Assembly: GCA_050015075.1 (NCBI GenBank)
Contig: JBEKCB010000006.1
Coordinates: forward strand, 1-64,000
From: Candidatus Brocadiia bacterium
GTDB lineage: Bacteria; Planctomycetota; Brocadiia; CAIUPP01
Length of the DNA: 64,000 nt
Reading direction: 5' to 3'
The notes under the pieces are model-generated. The model had not been told where the DNA came from. It did no database searches and was given only the letters and a program-made list of their open reading frames with translations. Below are positions 1 through 9,544 of the stretch, piece after piece (the stretch's first letter is position 1; every line of letters begins with the position of its first letter). Made by a program: the position numbers and the translations under genes.

Positions 1-266
1 CCACGGAAGACACGGAAAACACGGAAGCTGCTTTATACTGAAGCTAATCCCCCGGCCTTTTCCGTGTATTCCGTGTAATCCGTGGTTACACATTCCGCGC
101 AACGATTCGACGCGCTACTTTGCGTGAGCGCATAACCTGCGCAAAACCACGGAAGACACGGAAAACACGGAAGCTGCTTTATACTGAAGCTAATCCCCCG
201 GCCTTTTCCGTGTATTCCGTGTAATCCGTGGTTACACATTCCGCGGAACGATTCGACGTGCTACTT
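1..266. repeat. Tandem duplication (about 120 bp copies at 1-120 and 147-266, period 146 bp) of a palindromic element with 3x9-bp arms
   Basis: Both copies read CCACGGAAGACACGGAAAACACGGAA...TTCCGTGTATTCCGTGTAATCCGTGG...CTACTT and differ at 2 positions. The array may continue beyond the window start. Confidence 0.9.
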
Positions 267-764
267 CGTCGCGCCCTGCTCCGGCGCGGCGGCGGCCGCT
301 TCGCGGACGTTCAATTCCAGTTCGTCGCTGAACGTCTTGACCGGTCCGCTGGCGGTCTGTGCGGGGCCGAGCACCTCGCCTGCGCCGTCCTCCGAAACTC
401 GAATGACGGCCGTGACGACCGTGCGCCCGGCTTTGCGCGCCGTGAAGACCGCGTTCTTGTCCATGTCGCCGACCGCCGGGTCGCTCACCGTCCATGCGGC
501 CTTCTCGGTCTCTTCGGTCATGGACGGTATCGCCCACGCGGCCATCGCGCGCAACTGAAGACGCTCGCCGACCTGCAAAGTCACGGGACCCTTATCCTTG
601 GCCGACGCCTCCTTCGAATACGCGCGAATGAAAAGCTGTATGACCTTATGCTCGCCGCCGCCGGTGACCATCGGCTTCTTCTCCGAGCAACCGCCGAACG
701 TCATCGAGAGCGACACTGCCAGCAGGCCCGCCATCGCCGGGCGAATCGAGCGAGACGCAAACAT
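261..764 (-). CDS. Putative lipoprotein with a bacterial Ig-like domain
   Basis: Hydrophobic signal ending in lipobox-like TFGGC; Ig-like pattern (VTLQVGERLQLRA...WTVSDPAVG...GRTVVTA); AGGAGAGG RBS. Confidence 0.65.
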   Translation of the reverse strand: MFASRSIRPAMAGLLAVSLSMTFGGCSEKKPMVTGGGEHKVIQLFIRAYSKEASAKDKGPVTLQVGERLQLRAMAAWAIPSMTEETEKAAWTVSDPAVGDMDKNAVFTARKAGRTVVTAVIRVSEDGAGEVLGPAQTASGPVKTFSDELELNVREAAAAAPEQGATK

Positions 765-890
765 CTTTCCTCTCCTTTCAGAATCACTCCGGACGCCGCC
801 ATTATGCCAGCGCAGTCCCGGTGCCGCAACTTGGGATGTCGTTGGATTCCGAAGGGAACAAGACAGCGGATATCGAGGTCAGCCGTCAGG

Positions 891-1550
891 TCAATCGCGC
901 ACCCACCGGACGTACGCCACCCGGCTCAGCCAAAGCAGGCCGATGACTTCGATAAAGAGCAGGCACAGGAACACTGACCACTGCAAATTGAAACGCTCTG
1001 CGTCCAAGCCCATGAAATGATCGAACAAGCCCATTGGCCCGATGAACGCAATGAGGCTCAGGACTCCGCCGGCCGCCCAAGCGGTCACGGCCCGATCAAG
1101 AAGCACGCTGCACAGCACGGCCGAGGCGAACATCAGGAAGGCCACCGCCAGCATCATGCACGTATCCGGGGTGATGCCTTTGTACCAGGGGTCCGGCAAG
1201 AGCCAGCAGGAAACGATCAAGTACAAAATCACTGCGATCACCAGTGTCAGGACCGGCATGATGATTTTTGCATTCCAGATCGTACTGCGACGCACGGCTC
1301 GTTCTGCGATAAATGCTGAAGTCCCTTTTGCCCGCTCGCCCGCAAAAAGGCCGGCGCCGAGGGAAAGTGCGAGCAGTGTGAGACCGATAATTGCCGACTC
1401 GTCCCATACGCTTGTTGGAAGCCTGCAATACGAGGCCGTCGAATATGAGGCCGACGGCCACACCAGCGTCAGCACCAGCAGCCACCACGACTCGCGCCAC
1501 TCTTTCCAGACGAGCGCCGCGAACGGCGACCGAAAGGATTCTCCGCTCAT
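891..1550 (-). CDS. ABC-2-type transporter permease subunit
   Basis: About 6 TM helices; SPFAALVWKEWRE and FAGER motifs shared with the neighbouring paralogs; overlaps the upstream stop by 4 bp. Confidence 0.75.
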   Translation of the reverse strand: MSGESFRSPFAALVWKEWRESWWLLVLTLVWPSASYSTASYCRLPTSVWDESAIIGLTLLALSLGAGLFAGERAKGTSAFIAERAVRRSTIWNAKIIMPVLTLVIAVILYLIVSCWLLPDPWYKGITPDTCMMLAVAFLMFASAVLCSVLLDRAVTAWAAGGVLSLIAFIGPMGLFDHFMGLDAERFNLQWSVFLCLLFIEVIGLLWLSRVAYVRWVRD

Positions 1551-3667
1551 GGCAGCACCTTTCGCTTCGATGTCCCGTCGCGGTTCACGACCCAGACGGA
1601 ATAGTCCTCCGCCAGTGGCATGACTTCCAATTCTTTGTCCTTCCAGCGCAGAACAGAATCGACGAGCAACTCGTCATCTCCGAGCCACTGCGACTCGCGC
1701 CACCCTTGCGCAGGCTTCCAGACAGGCCTGGAGCGCTTGGTGGCAACATCCGTGACCACTGATTCCAACTCCCCGGCAGGACTTGTGTTATTCGCCCACA
1801 ACCGCACCATGGTCGTCAGAAGGTATTTGCCGGAAGGCGAGAGCGAGGCAATGCGCTCGTCAGTAATCGCGCCGCGCACGGACGTGTGAAGCAACTCGAA
1901 TTTCCGCGTCGCCAGGCTCCACAGTCCTATGCGCGTGCTATCTCCCATCAGTATTGCCTGACTATCCGGGGTGAAGCCGCCTATAATCCGAATTCCCTTC
2001 TCTCCTTCGTTCGACGAAAGTTCTCTGTCAATGTCACATGTCTCGCCCGTTTCGAGGGAGCAGAGAAGACTTCGCTGGCCCCCGTGCGGAAAATCCTCCC
2101 ACCAATACAGCAGCGCCCAGCGTCCGTCGAGCGAGATCGCGGAAAGGGAAGAGTGTCCCAGGTCTTTATGCCATCGCGGGCGGACGACCGATGCCTCGGC
2201 TGCGTCGGGCCGGTAGCCGTGGAACGCGCCTCCTCCATTATGGAGATAGCCAAAGGTCCAAATGCCGCCGCCCGTGGCGCGGGCGCCGATAAATCCCGAG
2301 AACTCGTCGCCTGCCCTGGCTTCCCTGTTGTCTGAGCAGACCCTTTCTGCGCCCGTGTGAATGTCCTTGAACACGATTCCATGCCCCTCGCGGAACGCCA
2401 CAGTGTGGTCATCCCACCAGCAACAAAGCCAGTATTTAAGCTCGACGGATGAAGGGAGCTTATTGACGGACGAAGGGACTGACCGGAGTACCTTTATTTT
2501 GCCTGTGGCAGCATCGGCCCAGCACAGTTTCCCGGAACCGCTGGACAATCTCGGGAAGTAGTGCGTAAAAAGAGGCGGGCACGCCCAATCGTCGCTCATG
2601 TAGAAGATAAACTTCGAGCCGTCCGGCGACCATATCCCGTCACTACGAAGGCCGTTCTCGTGGAAGCGTGACAATTGGATCGTTCGAGAGTTTTCCGTGT
2701 CCAGGATATATACTCCATCCCTCAACCAACCCTGCAGCCAGCCGTAACGGCATAAGGCGTATCGCCCCGCAGGCGAGGGGTTGAAAGGGTGCCACAGCGT
2801 CGGCAATGCGGGACGGGCTGCCGTGACCAGGAAGTATCCGGCGACGGACGGCACTGCCGAAACTATGACGAAAATGAAGACCGCCGCGGCCGCGCGCCGG
2901 ACATGCCGCAGGAATCCTCTGGGCGTCGCCGTCCAAAGCCACCGGGCGCACAGAAGCAGAATGCCTTGCGCCAAACCGACGGACACAAAGAGCGCAAACC
3001 ATCGCGCCCGAAGAGCGCTGGAAAATTCATACTGCACCACCGCAAAAAAGAGTTTGCCCATCCATGCCGTCCAAAGCACCAGGCACGGGCCGAAGATCGC
3101 CGTCTGAATGAGGGCCATCATCGCAGTCCCCGACCACGCGGCCACGCATGCGGACGTCAAAGAAAGAAGAAGCATTCCAAAGGTGAAGGAAACGTACAGG
3201 TAATATCTGAAGTATTGGTCGTACGCCAATGACTGCCCGCTCCAGTCCACTGCCGGCATGCCCCCGGCCGTCAGAAGTTGGGCGATCCAAAGCAGTCCAG
3301 CTATCACGCCGATCTTTACCCAGAATCGAAACCGGCGAGAGACCGGCAGCGCGCCCGCGAACGACTCGGTATCCGTTTCGCGCTCTCCCGCGAACGCGTT
3401 CGCCCCCAGCATCGCGGCCATGCCGCCCCACAGGGTCGGGATAAGGAGCCATAAGTCTGCTCGCAGATCACTTCTGGCCGGGGCCAAGCGCACGGCGACC
3501 ACCGCCGCCAGGGACAGCGCCAGCAGCGCGGCCCAGATGAGCCTCTGCTCGCGCCACTCCTTCCAGACCAGTGCACGGAAAGGCGAGCTGCGGCGGCCCG
3601 GTTCGGCGAGCCGGCCGCCCTGCCCCTGCGCGGCCGGCCGCGCCATCGCGTATCCGGACTGGCTCAT
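1547..3667 (-). CDS. ABC-2-type permease fused to a C-terminal TolB/WD40-like beta-propeller
   Basis: N-terminal TM region (SPFRALVWKEWRE, FAGERE); C-terminal repeats WSPDGSKF, ISLDGRWA, FTPDSQAI, LSPSGKYL. Confidence 0.7.
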   Translation of the reverse strand: MSQSGYAMARPAAQGQGGRLAEPGRRSSPFRALVWKEWREQRLIWAALLALSLAAVVAVRLAPARSDLRADLWLLIPTLWGGMAAMLGANAFAGERETDTESFAGALPVSRRFRFWVKIGVIAGLLWIAQLLTAGGMPAVDWSGQSLAYDQYFRYYLYVSFTFGMLLLSLTSACVAAWSGTAMMALIQTAIFGPCLVLWTAWMGKLFFAVVQYEFSSALRARWFALFVSVGLAQGILLLCARWLWTATPRGFLRHVRRAAAAVFIFVIVSAVPSVAGYFLVTAARPALPTLWHPFNPSPAGRYALCRYGWLQGWLRDGVYILDTENSRTIQLSRFHENGLRSDGIWSPDGSKFIFYMSDDWACPPLFTHYFPRLSSGSGKLCWADAATGKIKVLRSVPSSVNKLPSSVELKYWLCCWWDDHTVAFREGHGIVFKDIHTGAERVCSDNREARAGDEFSGFIGARATGGGIWTFGYLHNGGGAFHGYRPDAAEASVVRPRWHKDLGHSSLSAISLDGRWALLYWWEDFPHGGQRSLLCSLETGETCDIDRELSSNEGEKGIRIIGGFTPDSQAILMGDSTRIGLWSLATRKFELLHTSVRGAITDERIASLSPSGKYLLTTMVRLWANNTSPAGELESVVTDVATKRSRPVWKPAQGWRESQWLGDDELLVDSVLRWKDKELEVMPLAEDYSVWVVNRDGTSKRKVLP

Positions 3668-4587
3668 GCGCGTTTCCTTTCGTCAGCGGCGGACTCGCCC
3701 GCGGGTTTCCCGACCAGCGCGACGAAGATTTCCTCCAGCGTCATGTCGCGCGTCACGATCTGCGCGCCGGGCAGCGACGATTGAAGCTGCGGGATCGTCT
3801 CCGGCCCGAATTTCTCGAATACCATCAGCCACTCGCGCGGCTCTTTATGGAGCGACAGGACGCCGGGCATATTGAAGGCCGTGGGTGCGCCGTTCGTAAA
3901 CGTGATCTTCAGCTCGCGGAACCGCGCCTTGAGCGTATCCGTGTCCTCGACGAGCCCGATGCGGCTCTCCTCCATCAGCGCCACGCGGTCGGCCACGCGC
4001 TCGATGTCCTGCAGGAGATGCGACGAGATGAGCACGGTCCGGCCCTCGTCGGCGGCGACGCTGACGATGCTCTCGAGGAACTCCTTGCGCACCACCGCGT
4101 CGAGCCCATCGGTCGGCTCGTCGAGGACCAGCAGCCGCGGCTCGTGCGCCAGCGCCAGCGTAAGGGCCACCTTGGCCACCATCCCGCGCGAGAGTTCCCT
4201 GATCCGCTTCGACGGGTCAAGGTCGAATTTCCGGATCAGATCGGCGCACGACTTCTCGTTCCAGGTCGGATAGAATGACGCGGTGAACCGGGCGACCTCG
4301 GCGATTGTCATCCAGCGGTACATGTGGTGCGCCTCGGGAACGTAGCCGACGCGAGCGCGGATGGCGACGTGCTGCTTCGCCGAGTCGAACCCGAGCACGG
4401 TCGCGCCGCCGGAGGTGATCGGCGTCAGCCCGAGGAGCATTCGGATCAGGCTGCTCTTCCCCGCGCCGTTGCGGCCCATGAGCGCGAAGATTTTCCCCGG
4501 CGGCACCTCCAGGCTGACCTCGGAGACGGCCGTCTGCTTCCCGTAGCGCTTCGTCAGCTTCTCGATCCGGATCACCGCGTCGTCCAT
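3664..4587 (-). CDS. ABC transporter ATP-binding protein (YtrB-like)
   Basis: Walker A GRNGAGKS, signature LSRGM, Walker B LLVLDEPT, H-loop SSH. Confidence 0.92.
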   Translation of the reverse strand: MDDAVIRIEKLTKRYGKQTAVSEVSLEVPPGKIFALMGRNGAGKSSLIRMLLGLTPITSGGATVLGFDSAKQHVAIRARVGYVPEAHHMYRWMTIAEVARFTASFYPTWNEKSCADLIRKFDLDPSKRIRELSRGMVAKVALTLALAHEPRLLVLDEPTDGLDAVVRKEFLESIVSVAADEGRTVLISSHLLQDIERVADRVALMEESRIGLVEDTDTLKARFRELKITFTNGAPTAFNMPGVLSLHKEPREWLMVFEKFGPETIPQLQSSLPGAQIVTRDMTLEEIFVALVGKPAGESAADERKRA

Positions 4588-4610
4588 GGTCTTCTCCTGC
4601 TAAGACGTTT

Positions 4611-4725
4611 TTTGCCACGGATTTCACGGATTGCACGGATTAAAGGCAAGACGAAAACAAGCAACCGCCTGCTTAGACATTCCTCAAGCCGGTAATCCGT
4701 GTCCATCCGCGCAATCCGTGGCAAA
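4611..4725. repeat. Intergenic inverted repeat with 3x9-bp arms, same family as 1-266
   Basis: TTTGCCACGGATTTCACGGATTGCACGGATTA ... TAATCCGTGTCCATCCGCGCAATCCGTGGCAAA. Confidence 0.8.
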
Positions 4726-4741
4726 GCCTTTTCTTTTTGGT

Positions 4742-6799
4742 TCATTCCAGCAGCGGCCGCGCGCCGGTGCCATCGCGATTGATAACTACTGGCATCCAGC
4801 CGTAATTCTCTGACAGCAAATGGTCTTCTCCCAGCCACCGAAGGTTTTGGTACCATGCTCTCGAAGCTTCATCAACGGCTTGGGAACTCCCATTGTGCAG
4901 ATCAACAACGACATATCTTGACGTCGCGCCGGGCTTGCCGACCGTGGCTGTGTTTACACATCCCACGAGGGCGAATCCTCCTGCGGGAGACAGCATGGCG
5001 CCATAAATTCCCCGGCCGCTTGCCTGGGGCATTGGAATCCGGCGCAGGTCATGGGTGTCGGCGTTGAACAGACCGACTTCGGAATCCCTATATAAAAGAA
5101 TCTGATGGCCGACGGGAAGAAAACCCTGCACGTGCCACGAGGACGGAATCGCGCCTTCTTCGTCCGCATTCTCGGAAACGAGCAATATCGCCTTGGCCCG
5201 ATCAACCGTAGGCGCGAGATACCACGATCCTTGCTGCTGGCCGGCTTGCCTGATGGTCTGCTGGAGCAGCCACTGACCGTCGTTGCTGGCATCAATTCTG
5301 GACGGCGTCCCGCTGATGTCGCGCAGCATCAGGCATTCGGCTTCCAGAAGTTCCGGGGCGTAACGGAGGAAACGGAGTTCTCCTTTTGGTGATACGACCT
5401 TTGGCACAGCGAAGATGCCTGAGCGAGTGACGCACAACGGAAACGGATTCTCGAGCGAAGCATTGGAGAACGCGGTCGGCATCTTGCATTGCCGGAGCTC
5501 GTGACGTTCGATGTCTGCGAAAAAAATGTCCTGAGCTTTCTGGAAGGCAAACAGCTGGTCGCCATACCAGCCGAGCAGCAGCGCGGTGTCTGAAGGAATC
5601 TGCGACAAACTCGGGCAAAGCTCGTCGAGAATGTGCTTCTCGCCGGATCGGGCGTTCACAACGAAGTACGTTAACTTCGCTTCTTCGTCCGACAATACGT
5701 CTACTTCTATCATGACGAATTGGTTTCCGGACGGTGACCAGTTGCAGTCCAGCGATCTTACGCTGCTATTTCGATATCGGTCGAGCCAATGCGCGCAGCC
5801 TGAGTCAACGTCCACGAGAGCGGCTCGGAGCATGTACCATTTCGTGTAATGAACAAAAACATTGTAAGTCACGTAACGGCCATCAGGCGAGAGGGATGCG
5901 ACGTTGGCCACTGCGCCGTGACCTTCCAGAAAAAAGCTCAGCGGCGCGAGGAAAATTACGTAGATATATGCCGCCGCCAGCGGAGCCGCGACATAGCCGG
6001 CCATCAACGTCGCAGCCACCGATGCCGTGCGCAAAGAGCTTCGTAACGTCCTCTCCGCCCGAACCCACATTCGCCAGGCCGCAATGAAAATTGTCCCAAT
6101 CATCAGTGTGGGGAGCAGCACAGCCAGGATATCCTTGAGCAGTTTCGGGCCGATGGAGAAAGATTGAAAAAGCTCCGTCGCATAAACATAGGCCCAGCAT
6201 GCTGCGATGACCGGCATTGCGGCCAGGATCGTGGCGATCACGCTGCCGCCGAACGAAGCTATCAACGCCGGAACGATTGCAAGGACGATCACGACCGCGG
6301 TGAGCTCAAGGAACGGCGTCCCACCCCTCTCGGTTAGGAGTTTGTGGAAATCCACGATCGGCTGCCGTCCAATATGGACGAGCGCCGTTGCGCCGAGCGG
6401 GATCAATGCTGCAAGGACGAGGAAAAGGACAAACCCGAGCTTCACCCGGAATAGCTTGCCCCGCGAGCAGGGAATCGTCTCAAGGAACAGATCGGTGTCG
6501 TCGTCGCGTTCGCCGGCGAAGGCGTTTGCCGAGAGAACGAGGACGCCGATGACTCCCATCAAAAGCGCACAGATACATAGGAATCCATACGCGTTATCCC
6601 TGGTCTGATACAAGGCATAGTTAGAGCGGTCGGGTGAAACCACGACGGCCGCCCCTGCCAGCAAGGCGTACACCAGCCCCGCCAGCGAAAGGAAAATCCA
6701 CCTCTGCTGGCGCCACTCCTTCCAGACCAGCGCGCGGAAGGGAGAACTGCGGTGAGAGACTTGCATCGTCGCGTGCTCAATGCTTTGAATGGCCTGCAC
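4742..6799 (-). CDS. ABC-2-type permease fused to a beta-propeller (paralog of 1547-3667)
   Basis: SPFRALVWKEWRQ and FAGERD; TM N-terminal half; LSPDGRYV, WSPSGNQF, ASNDGQWL repeats; C-terminus VINRDGT matches the paralog's VVNRDGT. Confidence 0.7.
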   Translation of the reverse strand: MQAIQSIEHATMQVSHRSSPFRALVWKEWRQQRWIFLSLAGLVYALLAGAAVVVSPDRSNYALYQTRDNAYGFLCICALLMGVIGVLVLSANAFAGERDDDTDLFLETIPCSRGKLFRVKLGFVLFLVLAALIPLGATALVHIGRQPIVDFHKLLTERGGTPFLELTAVVIVLAIVPALIASFGGSVIATILAAMPVIAACWAYVYATELFQSFSIGPKLLKDILAVLLPTLMIGTIFIAAWRMWVRAERTLRSSLRTASVAATLMAGYVAAPLAAAYIYVIFLAPLSFFLEGHGAVANVASLSPDGRYVTYNVFVHYTKWYMLRAALVDVDSGCAHWLDRYRNSSVRSLDCNWSPSGNQFVMIEVDVLSDEEAKLTYFVVNARSGEKHILDELCPSLSQIPSDTALLLGWYGDQLFAFQKAQDIFFADIERHELRQCKMPTAFSNASLENPFPLCVTRSGIFAVPKVVSPKGELRFLRYAPELLEAECLMLRDISGTPSRIDASNDGQWLLQQTIRQAGQQQGSWYLAPTVDRAKAILLVSENADEEGAIPSSWHVQGFLPVGHQILLYRDSEVGLFNADTHDLRRIPMPQASGRGIYGAMLSPAGGFALVGCVNTATVGKPGATSRYVVVDLHNGSSQAVDEASRAWYQNLRWLGEDHLLSENYGWMPVVINRDGTGARPLLE

Positions 6800-6846
6800 C
6801 TTGCACCCTCCAAATCACCGCCCATCCGGTGATCGTTACCCGGCTC

Positions 6847-7248
6847 TCATTTTTCCTTCGTCTTTGCGCGCGCGTAGGCATCGGCGAGCGCGCGCTCGAT
6901 CTCCTCGCGGAGTTCCGCGCCGGGGATGCCGGCGCGGCGGGCTTCGGCGGCGATGTCTTCGAGTTTCGCGCGGATGTCCTCGCGACGGCCGTTCCGGCAG
7001 AGCTTCGCCGCGTTCTCGGACACGAAAACGCCCAGGCCCCGGCGCGTGGTGACGATCCCCTCGCGCTCGAGGTCGCGGTAGGCCCTGGCGACGGTGTTGG
7101 GATTGATGAGCGCCTGCGCGGCCATCTGGCGGACTGAGGGGATCATTTCGCCCGGCGCGCATGCCCCGCGCGCGATGACGGATTTCACCTCGTCCACGAT
7201 CTGCTGGAAGACCGGCACGCTCAGGCTGGGGTCAACTCGGATGTTCAT
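6847..7248 (-). CDS. GntR-family transcriptional regulator, YtrA subfamily
   Basis: PVFQQIVDEV...IPSVRQMA...INPNTVARAYRDLEREG...RRGLGVFV with a short helical C-domain; heads an ABC operon. Start taken as ATG 7248 after GGAGGG. Confidence 0.9.
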   Translation of the reverse strand: MNIRVDPSLSVPVFQQIVDEVKSVIARGACAPGEMIPSVRQMAAQALINPNTVARAYRDLEREGIVTTRRGLGVFVSENAAKLCRNGRREDIRAKLEDIAAEARRAGIPGAELREEIERALADAYARAKTKEK

Positions 7249-7258
7249 TGCGCCCTCC

Positions 7259-7282
7259 ACTGTACTACCGTAATAATACACT
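7259..7282. promoter_or_regulatory. Putative YtrA-type operator
   Basis: Minus strand AGTGTA-N12-TACAGT next to the gntR RBS; resembles the B. subtilis YtrA site (AGTGTA-N13-TACACT). Confidence 0.65.
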
Positions 7283-7390
7283 ACGATTTCGCCCGTGTCA
7301 AGGAAAAACCTGGTTTGACAGCGACTCGTTCAGCGGGTATTTTTACGTACTCGTAAACCGCGTCCCAAGGGCTTTCGGAGACCGCAAGTC

Positions 7391-8146
7391 ATGGAACGAC
7401 GCATCGCGTACCTGGGCGACAGCTCTTTGCCGGGGCCGGCAAGCTACCTGGCCGGCATCATGACGCATTTCCGCCTGCCCTTCGTCTACGTTCCGTCGTC
7501 TGAGCCTCCGCCGGAGGCGGTTTTCGAAGAGGCGATCGGTCTCTATGTCCTGAGCGACTATGCCGCCGAGAGGTTCACCGCCGCGGCCATGGAGCGCCTC
7601 TGCGGCCGCGTCCGCGACGGCGCCGGGCTGCTGATGCTGGGCGGCTGGGAAAGCTACCACGGCCTCGGCGGCAATTATGACGCGACGCCGCTGGCCGATC
7701 TGCTGCCGGTGGTCATGTCGAACGCCGACGACCGCCGGAACTGCTCGCAGTTGGTCCTCGTCCGCAAGCGCGCGGAACATCCGATCACGGCGGCGCTGCC
7801 TTTCGACACGCCGCCCTCGATCGGCGGCTATAACGAGTTCCGGGCGCGCCCTTCCGGCAAGGTGCTGCTGGAAGGCGACCGCTATCGCATTACGCTCAAG
7901 GGCGATCAACCGCAGCTCGCGCCGGAGACGCGTTTCCCGTTGCTGGTGGTCGAGGAGCGGAAACGCGGCCCGTGCGGCGCCGGGCGCAGCGCGTGCCTGG
8001 CCACCGACGTTGCGCCGCACTGGGTCGGCGGCTTCGTGGACTGGGGCGATAAACGCCTCACCGTGAAGTTCAACGGCGATTTCATCGAAGTGGGCGCCTG
8101 GTATGCGGCGTTCTTCCGCAACCTTCTCGTGTGGTGCCTGGGCTGA
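7391..8146 (+). CDS. Class I glutamine-amidotransferase-like protein (DUF1355/GATase1_like)
   Basis: YVLSDY..., GAGLLMLGGWESY, TPLADLLPV, GRSACLATDVAPHW motifs. Confidence 0.7.
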   Translation: MERRIAYLGDSSLPGPASYLAGIMTHFRLPFVYVPSSEPPPEAVFEEAIGLYVLSDYAAERFTAAAMERLCGRVRDGAGLLMLGGWESYHGLGGNYDATPLADLLPVVMSNADDRRNCSQLVLVRKRAEHPITAALPFDTPPSIGGYNEFRARPSGKVLLEGDRYRITLKGDQPQLAPETRFPLLVVEERKRGPCGAGRSACLATDVAPHWVGGFVDWGDKRLTVKFNGDFIEVGAWYAAFFRNLLVWCLG

Positions 8147-8269
8147 GCGAATTTGCGCGTGCACGCCCTTATGCAGAGCACATTAGCCGCGCCAACGGCT
8201 GCGCGGCTGGTGCATGAATAGAAAATGCGCGCCGGGCGCGCATTTTCTTAGGAGATCAGAAAGGAAACG

Positions 8270-9544
8270 ATGAAAGGGAAAGCGATTATCGGACAATCCG
8301 GCGGCCCGACCAGCGTTATCAACGCCAGCCTGGTGGGCGCGGTCGAGGCGGCGCGGGCCGCCCGGGATATCACCGGGATCTACGGGATGCGTTTTGCCAT
8401 CGAGGGGTTCCTTCAGGATGTCCTGGTGGATCTGGGCGCGCAGTCGCCGGCGACGCTGCGCAGGCTCAAGGCCACTCCTTCGAGCGGGCTGGGCTCGTCG
8501 CGCCACAAGCTCAAGGAAGAGGAACTGCCGCGAGTCCTTGAGCTGCTCAAGAAACACGACATCCGTTACTTCTTCCTCATCGGCGGCAACGACACGATGG
8601 ACACCATCCATCGCGTCGAGGCTTTCTGCCGGCGGGAAGGATACGAACTGCGCGGAGTGGGCATCCCCAAGACCGTGGACAACGACCTCTTCGGCACCGA
8701 TCACACGCCGGGTTACGGAAGCGCGGCAACGTATGTCGCGCGGTCCGTCGCGCAGGCCGGCTTGCTCGCCCGCGACATGCAGAAGGTGGACAAGTTCGTG
8801 GTCTTCCAGACCGTGGGCCGCGACGCGGGCTGGCTGGCCGCGTCGGCCGCTCTGGCGAAAAATGACGAGTCGCAGGCGCCGCACCTCATCTACACGCCGG
8901 AGAAGCCCTTCGATCGAAACCGCTGCCTCGCCGACGTGGAAGGCTGCATCGGCCGATACGGCTTCTGCTCGATCGTCTGCGGCGAAGGAACGAAATACGC
9001 CGACGGCACCCCCGTTTCCGCGACGACGGCTCAGGACGGGTTTGCGAACGTCGAGTTCGGCGCGATGGGCGGCGGCAGCGCGGCGATGCGCATCCACCGC
9101 ATGATCTCCGACGCGCTCAAAGTGCGGGGCGAATTCCAGGTGCCGGAGTCGCTGCAGATGTGCGCCTCGGACCGCGTCAGTCCGCTCGACGTGGCGGAAG
9201 CGTATAGGTGCGGCCGCGAAGCGGTGCGCCTGGCGGTGAAGGGCACGACGGGCGTCATGGTCGCGCTGGTGCGGCCGGCCGGAAAATACCGCACGACGCT
9301 CGGCACGGCGCCGCTCGCCGACGTGGCCGCGCGGGCCAAGCCGATGCCGCAGGATTTCATGAACGCGGAAGGCAACTTCCCGACGCGGGCGTTTCTCGAC
9401 TACGCGCGCCCGCTCGTCGGCGAGGTCGGCGATTTCGCCACACTGCGGATGGAGGCGCCCAGGAAACAAGGTCGCGCTGCCGGAAAGGCCGGACGAACTG
9501 TCGCCCGGGGTTCCCGCCGCGCTGAAAAAAGGAGCAGCCGATGA
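8270..9544 (+). CDS. pfp: Pyrophosphate-dependent 6-phosphofructokinase
   Basis: GQSGGPTSVIN, IGGNDT (Asp typical of PPi-dependent enzymes), PKTVDND, GRDAGW. Confidence 0.85.
   Translation: MKGKAIIGQSGGPTSVINASLVGAVEAARAARDITGIYGMRFAIEGFLQDVLVDLGAQSPATLRRLKATPSSGLGSSRHKLKEEELPRVLELLKKHDIRYFFLIGGNDTMDTIHRVEAFCRREGYELRGVGIPKTVDNDLFGTDHTPGYGSAATYVARSVAQAGLLARDMQKVDKFVVFQTVGRDAGWLAASAALAKNDESQAPHLIYTPEKPFDRNRCLADVEGCIGRYGFCSIVCGEGTKYADGTPVSATTAQDGFANVEFGAMGGGSAAMRIHRMISDALKVRGEFQVPESLQMCASDRVSPLDVAEAYRCGREAVRLAVKGTTGVMVALVRPAGKYRTTLGTAPLADVAARAKPMPQDFMNAEGNFPTRAFLDYARPLVGEVGDFATLRMEAPRKQGRAAGKAGRTVARGSRRAEKRSSR

Noticed and set aside
1-266. CRISPR array
   Set aside because: The repeat is about 120 bp with only two copies and a single 26-bp gap, and there are no cas genes.
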